From contig OX597815.1 of the NCBI GenBank assembly GCA_951406725.2, positions 35,608,001 to 35,732,000 on the forward strand: DNA of 124,000 nucleotides, read 5' to 3'. How positions within the stretch are numbered: the stretch's first letter is position 1; each line of letters starts with the position of its first letter. Below the pieces are notes generated by a model. That model did not search any database and was not told the origin of the DNA. It saw only the letters and a list, made by a program, of their open reading frames with translations. Of the stretch, positions 75,280 to 89,150 are shown one piece after another. The DNA comes from Octopus vulgaris (taxonomy: Eukaryota). The position numbers and the translations under genes were made by a program.

Positions 75280-76130
75280 CCATACAGTGCAGTGACGTCC
75301 AATTCGAGGTCTGGTATAACTCTCAATTCCAAAGTTTGGTGCCAGCCCTCCAGTATCTTCCACACATATATTACTGCATACCTCTCTCTTCTCCGCTTCT
75401 GGGAGTAGAGTCATAACTATTTCAGTCTCTCCCAGTAGCTCAGCTGATGTAATCTTCCTTGTGTAGCATCACTGAACCGCCTCAAGTTCTGCTATTAATC
75501 TGACACTGTAAGGTGACCACAGTTGACAACAGTAGTCCAGATGGCTGAGTTTCCTGGTCTCTTGTTCTGAAGGTTTTCAGAATCCATCCAGCCATTCGCC
75601 AGCATAGTGCCACCATCGTTGCTCATATCAGTCCCAAGATCATGCACCGTATGTGATTCTACGACTGCCGCTCCTTTTCGTTCAAAGTATCATTGTTGAG
75701 ACTTCTGAGTACCAATTAACTGGTAGTGGAGGGTTTGGAATTTGCCTGCATTAAATTGCATGTTGCTGTCCTCAGCCCATTTATATATGGCATCTAGGTC
75801 TTTCTGTAGGGGATTAACATCAGAAGGTTCCTTGACTGCTTGTACTACTTTTGTGTTGTCGGCATAGCTTAGTAAGTGTGGCTGTCTGTGTAACTGATGG
75901 CATATCTAAAAGATCCACCATAAACAGTAGCAACCCCAACACAATTCCCGGAGACACTCCACTTTCTATTACTATCTCCTTGGAGAGGGTTCCGTTCGCT
76001 GCTACAGCCTCGTTTCTGTCTTTAAAGAAGCCAAGCAACCACTCTCTGAGTCTGCGACTTATCGTCCCGTGATCAACCTTATAAAAGGCCTTTCCAAAGT
76101 CGACATGTATGACATCCATGTGTGAGCGAT
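75280..76130 (-). mobile_element. Old CR1/L2-like RT fragment
   Basis: DVIHVDFGKAFYKVDH and SGVSPGIVLGLLLF motifs, decayed. Confidence 0.75.
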
Positions 76131-76137
76131 TCATATG

Positions 76138-76236
<99 letters not shown>

Positions 76237-76628
76237 ATATATATACATATATATAATAATAATATTAGGGAGTAAATCCAAACTTACATGGAAAAATTAG
76301 ATTTAGGATTAAAGTTTATATATTCCGTGTATTCTAAATGTATCTTAATGAAAACGTTATTGTCTTTTGTACACCCTAATGATTTTGCATGCAAAGTATT
76401 TAATATGCAAAATTATATACTCACTTTTAGACTTTTACTTGTTTCAGTCATTTGACTGCGACCATGCCGAAGCACCGCCTTTAGTCAAGCAAATCGACCC
76501 TCAGGACTTATGCTTTGTAAGCCTAGTACTTATTTTATTGGTTTCTTTTGCCGAACCGCTAGGTTATGGGGACGTAAACACACCAGCATCGGTTGTCAAG
76601 CGATTTGGGGGGAAAACAAACACAGACA

Positions 76629-76736
<108 letters not shown>

Positions 76737-77146
76737 TACGACGGGCTTCTTTCAGTTTCCCTCAAGCAAATCTACTCACAGGGCTTTGGTTGGCCCGAGG
76801 CTATAGTAGAAGACACTTGCCCAAGGTGCCACGCAGTGGAACTGAACCCGGAACCATGTGGTTGTAAGCAAGCTACTTACCACACAGCCATTCCCGCGCC
76901 TATTTATATATATTTCGAAATTTTTATTTTGTTTGTGAAATGGAACAATTGTTGGTGAATATATTGTTTAATTCATAAATTAATTTGTATCCATTAGATC
77001 TGTTTTCAAACTCGATAATAATGTTTGATATTTTACCATATTTTATATAATATATTCATTGAAAAGAATGTCTTCAAAATTCAGTATATTAAACAAATGT
77101 ATCTTGGATAAATATCCCTAAATAGCCTCACTGTGACTATATATAC

Positions 77147-77219
<73 letters not shown>

Positions 77220-77220
77220 C

Positions 77221-77310
<90 letters not shown>

Positions 77311-77470
77311 TTTAAGCAGCAGAAAATTCAACAAAATCTGTTACTCTGAGTTTCTCGTTGAGTAACAGATTTTGTTGAATTTTCTGCTGCTTAAAATAAA
77401 GCATATTACTCTACCACTGGTATTTGAGTACTCTTTTTTCCACCTTGTTTCACATTTATGTGTTTACTCC

Positions 77471-77510
<40 letters not shown>

Positions 77511-77582
77511 GTATATATATATGTATATATATATATATATGTATATATATGTATATAGATATATATATATATATATATATAT

Positions 77583-80500
77583 ATACTTTGATACTTTGAT
77601 ACTTTGATAGGTTTCGGCCATTATTGGCCCAGGCCATGTCTAACTTAATAGCACCACCTGGTGAAGTCTTTCAAGTCAGAATTTGGGCACTATGGCCCAC
77701 TCAAGTAGAGAGTTATTGTTTGCAGAGACATATCCGGGTGTAGGGGGTTTATCCGGGATTTCTTGAAAGAATCTGTCCAAAGACTTCTTGAACCCTATAG
77801 GGTCAGTTTCTGTTTTAATGTGTTTTGGTGTAATGTTAAAGAGAGCGGGGCCAATTGAGGTGAAATAATTGTGCCGTATTGTTGTTATGAGATGAGAGTG
77901 CGATTTTTGTTTTGGGCGGATGGCACGGGGCCCAAGCCTTGGATGTACCTTAAAGGTGATGCCAACATCATTTGGGCAATGCTGATGGAATATTTTCCAC
78001 ATCATGCAGATGATGTAGCGCTCACGACGACGTTGGAGAGAATAGAGTTTTAGCTTTTCTAGTCGACCCCAATAGTCGAGGCCTGTCATGCCATCTATCT
78101 TTTTTGTGATTGCCCTTTGAGGTGCTTCAACTTTTATGATACCTTGTATTGTGTGGGGAGACCACAGTGGACAACAGTATTCAAGGTGGGGTCGGACAAA
78201 AGTGGAGAAGAGAAGGATAATGGTGTGGATATCTCTCGACTGGAAAGTTCTGAGAATCCAGGAACACATTCTGCGGGCCATGTCAACTTTGGTGTTTATA
78301 TGAGTGGCCCAGCTTACGTTGTTGTCCACAATTACTCCCAAGTCTCTGATGTTGTTGGACGCCGCGAGAGTTTCACCTGAAGGAAGGGAGTATGGGAGTT
78401 TCAGGGCATCCTCTTTTCCAAAGTGGATTAGCTCAAATTTATCCTCGTTCAGCAGCATATTGTTTTTTTCTGCCCATTGGATAACAGCCAGTAGATCTGA
78501 CTGAAGGCATGTCCGGTCACCCGCCTCATTTATGACCTTCTGTAGCTTGGAGTCATCTGCAAAGATTTTTATGTTGCTGTGCTTGATGATGTCATTAATG
78601 TCATTAATGTAAATGATGAAAAGAAGTGGGCCCAGCACAGTGCCTTGCGGAACGCCACTACTGACTTTGGCTGGGCTTGATTTTACCCCTTCAACTACAA
78701 CATGTTGAGATCTGTCTGTCAGGAAACACTTAATCCATTTCAGTAACTTTCCAGAGACACCAATGTTGGATAGTTTTTTCAATAGGATCTTGTGATCGAC
78801 CCTGTCGAAGGCCTTACTGAAATCAAGGTAGATGACATCGGTGTTGGAGCCCTCTCCCAAAGCTCTCAAAATGTCCTCAAAGTGATGCAGGAGCTGCGTT
78901 AGGCAGTCCCTTCCATTACGGAACCCATGTTGGTTGGAGATCAGCCGTCTGTTGCTTTCCAGAAATTGGGTTATTCGAGATCTCACCACCCTCTCAAATA
79001 CCTTGATGATATGAGAGGTGAGTGAGATCGGACGGTAATTCACTGCAAGGGACTTGTTTCCCTTTTTGAAAACTGGGACAACAGACTGGGACAGAAGGTT
79101 TTTTGGAATATAGCCAGCATCCAGTGAGTTTCTCCACAGATTAGCAAGGGGAGATGCAAGTTGGTGTCGACACACCTTCAGGACACAAGCAGGGAACCTA
79201 TCGGGGCCTACTGCTGAATTGTGTTTTATTTCGTTTATCGCCGCTAAGACATCAGGGGCACTAAATGTTATGTCCGATATAGTGTGTTGGGGGTTGACAT
79301 CACTGATACAGCCCAGATCGGCCATATCAGGATTGCTGAAAACAGAGCAGTATTGTTTCTGCAGTATCTCGGCCATGGATTTGGCATTATCTTGGAGAGT
79401 GCCAGTTTCGTCAATTAGAGGGCCTACAGTGGAGACAGTGACCCTGCGTTTCCTCGCAAATGAAAAGAACACTTTGGGGTTGAGTTTGATTTTTTCAATG
79501 GCCCACTTCTCCTCAGCTGATCTTTGGTTATTGATGAGGGTCTTCATGCATTGTTGGAGGTTATATTTTTTGGATTCAAGCAGTGCGATAGCCGTCGAAT
79601 GTGTGTGCTGCTGTTGGCAGTACTTTAGTTTGTTAATTTTTTTGTTTGTTCTTTTTATTTTTCTGATAATGGTTTTTCTGTTTTGGGGGATTCTGCACTT
79701 TTTGTTCACAGGTCTTGGTGGGGAGTGTTTTGCACATATGTCTGTGACGGTGTCTACAAAGATCTGCCAAGATGTTTTATGGTTGGTGGAGATGTGTGTA
79801 TGTGTAAAGGACCAGTCAACATTTGATAGCTCGTTCCTGATTGCATCCCAGTTGGCTTTATGGAGATCCATGTTGTCAAATGGGTGGGCTGGAGGAAGGT
79901 CACTAGGATTAGCTTTCGGCTGGTGGAATTTCATGTTACAGAGAACCATGTCATGGTCTGAAAGAAGGGTTTTTTCCACTGTAACGTTATGTATAGTGTT
80001 AGTGTGGTTACTAAACACTAGGTCCAAAATGTTCTGATGTCTTGTTGGTGCAAGGACAAGTTGGGACAAGAAAAACTCATTCGTAAAGTCGAAAAGTGAC
80101 TCTGCTGCTTCTTTGTCAGCGGTTGAGGCGGGAGTGCTTGGTTTCAAACAGTTTGTAGTCCAGTCAACACAGGGTAGATTGAAGTCTCCCATCATGAGTA
80201 TGTTGCTAGAATGGCACTGTTGAATAAAGCACTTAATGCTGTTGAGGCATTCTTTAAAGCACAGTATGGGTGTTTGGGGCGGCCTATAGAGCCCAATTAC
80301 TGTCAGGTCATTGGCTTTGTTGTGCACGGTGACTGATTCACAGTAGCCGTTGGAGAATATACTATTTCCATCTGCCGTAAATGAATCATGCAGGAAAATG
80401 GCAGTTCCACCCTTCCTCCTGCCGATACGATCCGCGCGGATGGTTGTGAAATTCTTCACTCTCACTTCGGCTTCCAAGTGGGAGTTGTCAAGGTGGGTCT

Positions 80501-80906
80501 CAGTGAGAATGAAGAAAGGGATGTGGTGTGAATGGTTACCAACCCAGTCTTCAATGAATTGGACCTTCCATTTTTGTGCATTGATGGAAGGGCTGACACC
80601 TTGTGCATTGAGTAGGAATGTGGAGGTTAGTGTAGTGGCTGGTTTTGACTGTTGCAGGGGGCTTGGATTTTGTGTGTGTGTTAGTGGCAGCAATGTGGGG
80701 AATTGGTGCACTGGGGTAATAGCATAGGATGGTGTTGAGTGATGGCTAGAATGTTTTTGTGTATCTCTTTTGCCATGTTCAACATGGCTAAAAAGAATTT
80801 TCCTGCTTAGGGAGCAGTTTTTGGCTGGAGGTGTGGTTGCACTGTTGGATAGGGTTGTAGTTTCCACTTTTGTTGTTGTTGTTTTTGTGTCTTCCTGAAA
80901 AGACAC
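77583..80906 (-). mobile_element. CR1-like LINE with uninterrupted ORF2 (APE endonuclease plus RT), 5'-truncated
   Basis: No stop from ~80906 to 77676; [45 protein letters not shown]; 8-mer tandem tail (ATCAAAGT)n. Confidence 0.97.
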
Positions 80907-81045
80907 ATATATATATACATATATATACATATACATATAAATATATATATATATACATACATATACATATATATACATATATATATATATATATATTGTA
81001 TACATATATATATATGTATATATATTATATATATATATATATATG

Positions 81046-81077
<32 letters not shown>

Positions 81078-81083
81078 TGTGTG

Positions 81084-81134
<51 letters not shown>

Positions 81135-81303
81135 GACGGGCTTCTTTCAGTTTCCGTCAACCAAATCGGTCGGCGCGAGGCTATAGTAGTAGACACTTGC
81201 CCAAGGTGCCACGCGGTGGGACTGAACACGGAACCATGTGGCTAGTAAGCAAGCTACTTACCACATAGCCACTCCTGCGCCTTACCACACAACCACTCCT
81301 CTC

Positions 81304-81335
<32 letters not shown>

Positions 81336-82585
81336 TGTGTGTGTATGTGTGTGTGTGTATGTGTGTGTGTGTGTGTATTTCTATGTATGTATCTACATAT
81401 ATATATATGTATGTATGTATGTATGTATTATGTATGTATGTATGCATATGTGTATATGTGTCTATATATATATATATACATACACACATAAATACATACA
81501 TACATAATACTTACCTACATACATACGTACGTACGTACGTACGTACATACATACATACATAAATACATACATACATAAATACATACATACATACATACAT
81601 ACATACATACATACATACATACATACATACATACATACATACATACACACACTCATACCTCGGTATTACAGACCACCCTTTAACGAATTCCTGAAGCAGC
81701 GGACAAAAGCAAAGCGTATCAACAACGCCGCTTCACCATCCATGGGAAGTCTGATTTTAAATTAAAAATGTTGAATTTACTGTATTATAGTCTATATTTA
81801 CAGTGTACAGGTATTTTACATTGTCAGATTGGATAGCGTACTTGATTAAAAGTATAGTACTGTATTTATTCCTGTCTTTCGTAATGTGATTGTTGATATT
81901 AGCCACTCCTAACGTAACCTAACCGTAGTGTCGGTACCTACGGACAATCGGCTTCATCGGACCGGTGTTTCCCCCTTTTAATCCGTAGTACCTATTTCTT
82001 TACTACCCACAAGGGGCTAAACACAGACGGGACAAACAAGGACAGAAAAACAGATTAAGTCGATTACATCGATCCCAGTGCGTAACTGGTACTTATTTAA
82101 TCGAACCCGAAAGGATGAAAGGCAAAGTCGACCTCGGCGGAATTTGAACTCAGAACGTAACGGCAGACGAAATACCGCTAAACATTTCGCCCGGCGTGCT
82201 AACGTTTCTGCAATCTCGCCGTAGTACCGCGATATGAGTGTATATGTGTGTGTGTATGTATGTATGAATCCATATCGATATGCATATACATAGTATATAT
82301 GTATAAATACATTGGTCGATATTTACGAAGAAGGAAGCGAGTATTCAATATATTATAAAATATATTATATGTACAAAGCAACCAGCGGGCAGAATTGTTA
82401 GCACGCCGGGCATAATGCTTAGCGGCGTTTCATCCATCTTTATGTTGTGAGTGCAAATTCGGTTGAAGTCGGCTTTACCTTTAATCCTTTTGATGTCGAT
82501 AAAATAAGTTAAGCACCGGTGTTAATTTAATCAATTTGCTCCCTCTTGAAATTGCTAGTCTTGTGCCAAAATTTGAAACTAATAT

Positions 82586-82632
<47 letters not shown>

Positions 82633-83136
82633 CGTTGTTATTATGCAAAAGTGTTGTAAGTCCAAAGCATTGCTTTCCCAGAAAACGAAAAAATAGTTTT
82701 ACTATTCCATAGCAATACCTATTTTTTTACTACCCACAAGGGGATAAACACAGAGGGGACAAACAAGGACAGACAAACGGATTAAGTCGATTATATCGAC
82801 ACCAGTGCGTAACTGGTACTTATTTAATCGACCCCGAAAGGATGAAAGGCAAAGTCGAACTCGGCGGAATTTGAACTCAGAACGTAGCGGCAGACGAAAT
82901 ACCGGTAAGCATTTCGCCCGGCGTGCTAACGTTTCTGCCAGCTCACCGTTGTACTACACTTCGGCAATTTTTGATATCTTGGCATCTGAAGCAGCTGGAG
83001 TCATGATAGTCTGACCAAAAGAACCGGCTATTGTAAGCAAGAATAAATATTGAAAACAATGCATTTGGCGAAATTTGGACATACGACAGTTTCACATAAT
83101 AGCAACGATATATATGTGTGTGTGTAAGTATATGCT

Positions 83137-83213
<77 letters not shown>

Positions 83214-83920
83214 ATATATATGCATATATATGTGCGTGAGTGCGTCTATCTGTGCGTGTGTGTGTGTATGCGTGTGTGTTGAACGATGTGTAGAATATTT
83301 ATAATGCATATATCAACTTATAATTTCTAGTGCCTATATTTACATACATACATACACACATACATACATACATACATACATACATACATACATACATACA
83401 TACATACATACAAACAAAGTTAATACTCTGTGATATAAGGTAACGATATGATACCTGAGGTTTAGCCTTTCTGAAAGCAGACTATCCTTCAAGGAATGAA
83501 TTAAAAGAAAGAAACTTGCGCTGTGGCCTTAATGCCTTTTTCCATCACCCTATGCAGCCGTATATACGAAATCCCCATGTGAAGTAAATTTACGCAACGA
83601 AATCGAAGTAAAATTGCCGCGTTATTCGAAAACGGATATTCATTATTATTGATTGGATAGTAAAGTCGATGAAGTAATCAAAAATATTCGGTAATCTAGT
83701 TCAAGCGTTAGAATAACTAAAGTGTAAATAAATCCTTGACCGTATTCAATGAGCGGGTTTTTACACAAATATAACAGTACAGTTCTTAATACCTGTTCTG
83801 AAGGTAATATACCCGTGTAATTACATATCCGCATAAATTTTAATATTTGAATTCTTTCTGCTAGTAATAAATTCCTGTCGTCTCTGTTGTGTGTAATGTT
83901 TGTTGTTACGGCGCATTCAA

Positions 83921-84035
83921 TGACGTCAATTTGCGTTGGAGGTGCGGCTTCTTAATAAAAACGGAGGGGTGGAGCTTAGCCATATACGGCTGAAGTGGGA
84001 AATTAAACTGAAATGAGATCAGACAGCTATATAAG
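83921..84035 (+). promoter_or_regulatory. Candidate promoter: palindromic CRE, CArG-like box, TATA box
   Basis: TGACGTCA at 83921-83928, CCATATACGG at 83980-83989 (one mismatch to CC(A/T)6GG), TATATAAG at 84028-84035, ~270 bp upstream of an ATG. Confidence 0.6.
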
Positions 84036-84306
84036 CTATCACGGCGTTACGAAACTTTATTCTGAAACTTTGACACTCACCAACGAAGTACACAGTGAAA
84101 TAGTGAAATATCTGAAGTGAGAAACACTCGACTTATAAATTCAAATCGAGGAACTTTTTAAAACTAAACTAAACGAAAGAAGGTACAGTGAAATATTTAT
84201 TTGAACTTTCATCTAATTTCATACAGACTTCGCTCAGCAATATTGCATAATATCGTCGCTGCCCTGTGAATTTTCTTACCAAACAAATTATTTCTATTTC
84301 ATCAAC

Positions 84307-84933
84307 ATGCTTGATAACGAAGTATATTTGAAATACGGACCCTACCGTCGCATTCGCAGAAATGCTTTGGCCAATATAATGGAAGGGTTAAATCAAGAAG
84401 CCGTTAACTGGCTGTCGAAAAATATTGCACATCAGTCCAATTCGGTTGACCATCGATGTGAGAAATATACTGATGATGAAAGTAACGTTAGTGGTGATGA
84501 AGGCGACGATGAAAATGAGAATGATGATGACGACGACGATGACGATGCCGGAGGCGTTGAAACCGTCGAAGAAAAAAAAGATGGGAAATATCTGGCTATA
84601 GATGAAGAGAAATCCGTGTTAAATCAGGAAAATAATGAAGGCATTACCTGCCAGAACGATTCTGAATTAAACAAGGCGGATTGTTTCAGACGTCTGAGTT
84701 CACCTATGGAATGTCGATTCCAGTCGTCATTTGCGGCGATCCGGCGGAATGCTTTACACAATTTATTGGAAACATTAACACCAGCCGAAATCTCAACACT
84801 TGGCAAGTTGTATCAGTTGCAACATTCTGTGAAGGACTTAACTTTAGAACAAGAGCGATTCGATCACTTGGTGACACCTGTTCAATACCCATACATTGAG
84901 ACATATTTCGACAAATATTTAACCCAAGTATGA
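84307..84933 (+). CDS. Apparently single-exon 208-aa acidic protein with two PKI-like RRNAL pseudosubstrate repeats
   Basis: Long non-repetitive ORF, aacATG start context, internal repeat RRNALxN(I/L)(M/L)ExL, acidic linker; no transposon motifs seen. Confidence 0.75.
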   Translation: MLDNEVYLKYGPYRRIRRNALANIMEGLNQEAVNWLSKNIAHQSNSVDHRCEKYTDDESNVSGDEGDDENENDDDDDDDDAGGVETVEEKKDGKYLAIDEEKSVLNQENNEGITCQNDSELNKADCFRRLSSPMECRFQSSFAAIRRNALHNLLETLTPAEISTLGKLYQLQHSVKDLTLEQERFDHLVTPVQYPYIETYFDKYLTQV

Positions 84934-86076
84934 TTGAAGATATTGCAACAAACGGAAGAGAAAATAAAATCATTTTAAATGTTTTAAAATGCCGAGAAAA
85001 AAAAACTGAAGCATGCGTTTCTATGAAAATTCCTTATCGGTCAAAATTTCTGAAATGAGCAGAAAGAAGAAAGAAATTATACCAAGTAGGGCGAAATGAG
85101 ATAGAACAGGATTTTGTCCATAGAAACAAAGCAACGAACAAACCTTTTTCACTAAAATCTCTGCTCATAAAAAGCAGACGACCGATTGAATGGGCTTACA
85201 GAAAATATGTATGGTGAGCAGAGATTGTGCATATGTTATGCATTTTGTGTTTTCTCAATTAGCATGCAGTTTTGTTTTGATTAATTTATATATTTTCTGC
85301 GTGCGAAATATTTGATGACTAACAATTTGTTAACGAGAAATAATGGATAAGAAGCATAAAATGTTTCGAAGTAAACTCTATATTGTTCAAAAGGAAAAAA
85401 GAAAAAAAAAACGAACAAAGAAAAGAAAATGGAAGAAAAAAGATCGACTAACCCGTATTGAATGAGAGACGAAAGAATTTCTTTTTGAATTTTTTTTTAA
85501 CTGGAATGCTTACATAATTCGTTCGCTTATTTATTTACCAAAAGACTCCGAAATATCGAGTAAGAAGATTACCTGTTAAAAACTGAACATTAGAGACAAG
85601 TGTGTTCTTCTGATACACACGCTTGCACACAAAACATTTGTAAACCAGACATGTGTATTGGAACTTACTTTTAAAAAGATACCAAAGCATAAACATTTTC
85701 TCCCGTTTGTGTATCATATCTGATATGTCATACAATGATATATATATATGTTATGTGCCACATAAAACAAAGTTTATTGTAACACTCACTCACACAAACG
85801 CACACACACATTAACTAAACATGAATAAACAAGTCGCTCTCAGCCGAAGACAACTACTTACTTCAACAGGTAGTTATAATCAACATCATTCTCCCTCTCA
85901 CTCTCACTCTCTCTCTCTCCACTTATATTTTATTTATTTATTTATGTTATAAACATTATATCGCATTCGATGTAAATTTTGTCATCCCTTTATTATCATT
86001 TAAAACAAACACGTACATGAACAATATATATATACATACATATATACATATATATGTGTATGTATATATTATATAT

Positions 86077-86151
<75 letters not shown>

Positions 86152-86269
86152 TATATTATATTATATTATACATACATACATATATTCATACATTCATACA
86201 TACATTGTAATATTTAGGGATGATAATTCGTTTTAGTCGAAAATCTAACGTCATCTTCAGCCAGTATAT

Positions 86270-86300
<31 letters not shown>

Positions 86301-86438
86301 CATACATACATACACAGCATATTCATTTTTTTTTAAAGCTAGTTACTGACTCAGTGATTCGCCCGATGTTGTTCGAGCATTCGTATCGAGCGAGTCAACT
86401 GCTAAACAGCAACGGAGGGAATCACTATTTTCATACAA

Positions 86439-86540
<102 letters not shown>

Positions 86541-87905
86541 GTGTGTGTGTGTGTACAACAAATAGTTTAGAAACACTTCATTAAAACTTATTTATATTTT
86601 TGGTTCACTTTTTTTTTCATAACGCAAACTCCCATTTTTAACTGTGTAGTTTCATGTATCATCTGTATCAGCATATATATATATATATATACACGTATTT
86701 ATATGTATATATGTATGTACTGTATGTATTGTAAACTCAAATTAGACCCACAAAGTGTACTGGTGCCATATCCAGAACTGTGCTGATATCACACACACGG
86801 AAATCCTATACCATGGTGATAATAATATATATTTCTTAAAAGAAAACTGTCATGTACCCACTAATCATCACCTCATCATCAGGAAGTTTTACACTTAATA
86901 ACATTTTTACAATGAGGCTGTGCTTAATGTCTTAAAATAATGTCTTGGTTAAATCTGTTTTGTACAACAAACGACGAAATAAAACACATGGTTGATACGA
87001 ACTAAATTTATCGGTTTTTGTCATTTTTGTTGAACGAAATTTGCAATAGCTGTCTCTCGGAGTCCCCCACAACTCACAGGAAACGAAAAGAATAATTTTT
87101 ACTCCCTTCAGTATTGTTGTGGTCTCACACAACAGAAATTACGACACTGGAATTTTTTTCACCTAAAATCTCAATTTTTTTTTAATATACTTGTTTTCCC
87201 CTTCACCACCACTATTTCCGTACACTTTTCGTTACCCATCTGTATGAGGTTTCGAGAGACAGCTATTCCAAAGATCCAGCTTCCGTTATTGAATTTTTCT
87301 TTACAAAACATCGTAAAAAATAAAACATGTACCGACTAGAGGAATAAGGAATTTCAAGAAGTTTTGAAAACAATATATTCGATCTTCAGTAACTGACAAC
87401 ACACTTCAACAAAGAATTATTGCTGTTATGTGATTTACCAACCAGTTTATATGAGAAAATATCCCATTGTTCACGGAAACCCGTTACGAAGAAATTTTTC
87501 ACACGTGAAAACAGAATTTGGGGAGGTGAATAATTATAATTCTTTAAAATGTAGTTTATTTTCTTTTATTTTCCTGGTCAGGTATAAAAGCCACAGATGT
87601 ATTTCGAAAATCAGGGGTTTACTTACGTTATGTCTAAAGGGAGATGTTATGCGAATGACGTTACTGACCCACCAAGCAATACCATTTTTTTCTCTTTTAT
87701 TCCTTTACTTGTTTCTTTTATTCTTTTACCGGAGACCCGCCTTGAAGAGTATTAGTCGAAGAAATCGACCCCTGGACTTGTTCTTCGTAAGCCTTGTACT
87801 TATTCTATCGGTCTCTTTTGTCAAACCGCTATGTTACGGGGACGTAAACACACCAACCTCGATTATCAAGCGATGGTGTGAGGATAAACATAAACACAAA
87901 CACAT

Positions 87906-87937
<32 letters not shown>

Positions 87938-88605
87938 TTATATGAATATATATAGAGATATATATACATATATATATACATATACTCGATGGGTTTCTTT
88001 TAGTTTCTGTCTACCAAATCCATTCACAAGGCTTTAGTCGGCCCAAGGCTGTAGTAAAAGACACTTGCCCAATGTGCCACGCAGTGGGACTGAACCCGAA
88101 AACATATGGTTGGGAAGCAAGCTTCTAACCACACAGCCACACCTGCAACACCAAACTTTTTTTCCCCGTGGCTCTGCGCTGAAATTAGCTTACGTGCAAA
88201 TTTGGTCTTTCTTTGCAAAGTATTTATGCAAGTATTTATGTGAGTAACCATTTTTAATTTAAAAGAAAAAATTCAATTTTACCTTGAAAACCCTGTGCGC
88301 GCACATTTTTTTAGCACATGTTGTAAAACACGTCCTGGGTATGTAAGATTGAGGTAGTGCTTAGCGTGGGAACTCGTGGGACAATAGGTGTGTCGAGAAA
88401 CGGAAAGACGAGTGAGTCAGGAGTCCTCAAGCAGAGGTGGCACGAACCCAAGAGCCCCGATGAGCAGATATTACTTTAGTAGCAGTCAAAAATGTGACTA
88501 AAGGCAACAAAATGTCTGTGGGAAAGAGACGATGGACGACTTCATCAAGTCACCCGAGGGTGTTCCATGTGTGAAAAAAACAACGATATTCTGTCACCCA
88601 TAGAT

Positions 88606-88642
<37 letters not shown>

Positions 88643-88739
88643 AGTGGCTAAGCCAGAATAATGTTTTCGCCACTTGACCCTTCTAACCTCTTCTGTTTCA
88701 CCAATAGCTAGAACAGAGACTTCCAACGAAATTTATTGT

Positions 88740-89150
88740 TCTCAACAATATGTCTATCCTTCGGGCTAGTTTTGGATAGTTATAAAAACAAGAACTCCGT
88801 AAGCCAAAGTCCCTTTAACAAGGAAAAGCAGGCGTCATTTTTCTGTGTAGTAGCCGAATTGAAAGAGACAGTATGGGTGACGCGTGGAAGAAGAATTGAG
88901 ACAGGCAACTTTACCTCCGGGCACAGGTTGATTAGTTTGTTTTTTTTAACTACCACCTGTCCAGAAAGATCAGTCTGGAGAAAAGGTGCCTACCTCAAAG
89001 GACATTTGAGAAAAGATGGACAACTGTCCTAAGGAAGTTGAGAGTGAATGGGGCTGCGCTAGTGTAGCCGGTCTGAGCAGAAAAGAAGAAGAAAAAATAA
89101 CAAAAGAAAAGTTATAAAGTGGAAAAAAAGAAAAAAAAGACGGCGGATCG
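88740..89150 (+). mobile_element. L1/Tx1-like LINE C-terminal fragment (homologue at 99250-99530, minus strand)
   Basis: Two mutually similar peptides (FFCVVAELKETVWVTR / FLSIVAVAKEVVWKTR). Confidence 0.55.

Noticed and set aside
80907-81005. Met start of the 1109-aa ORF
   Set aside because: Lies in a TA microsatellite; the real element begins at ~80906.
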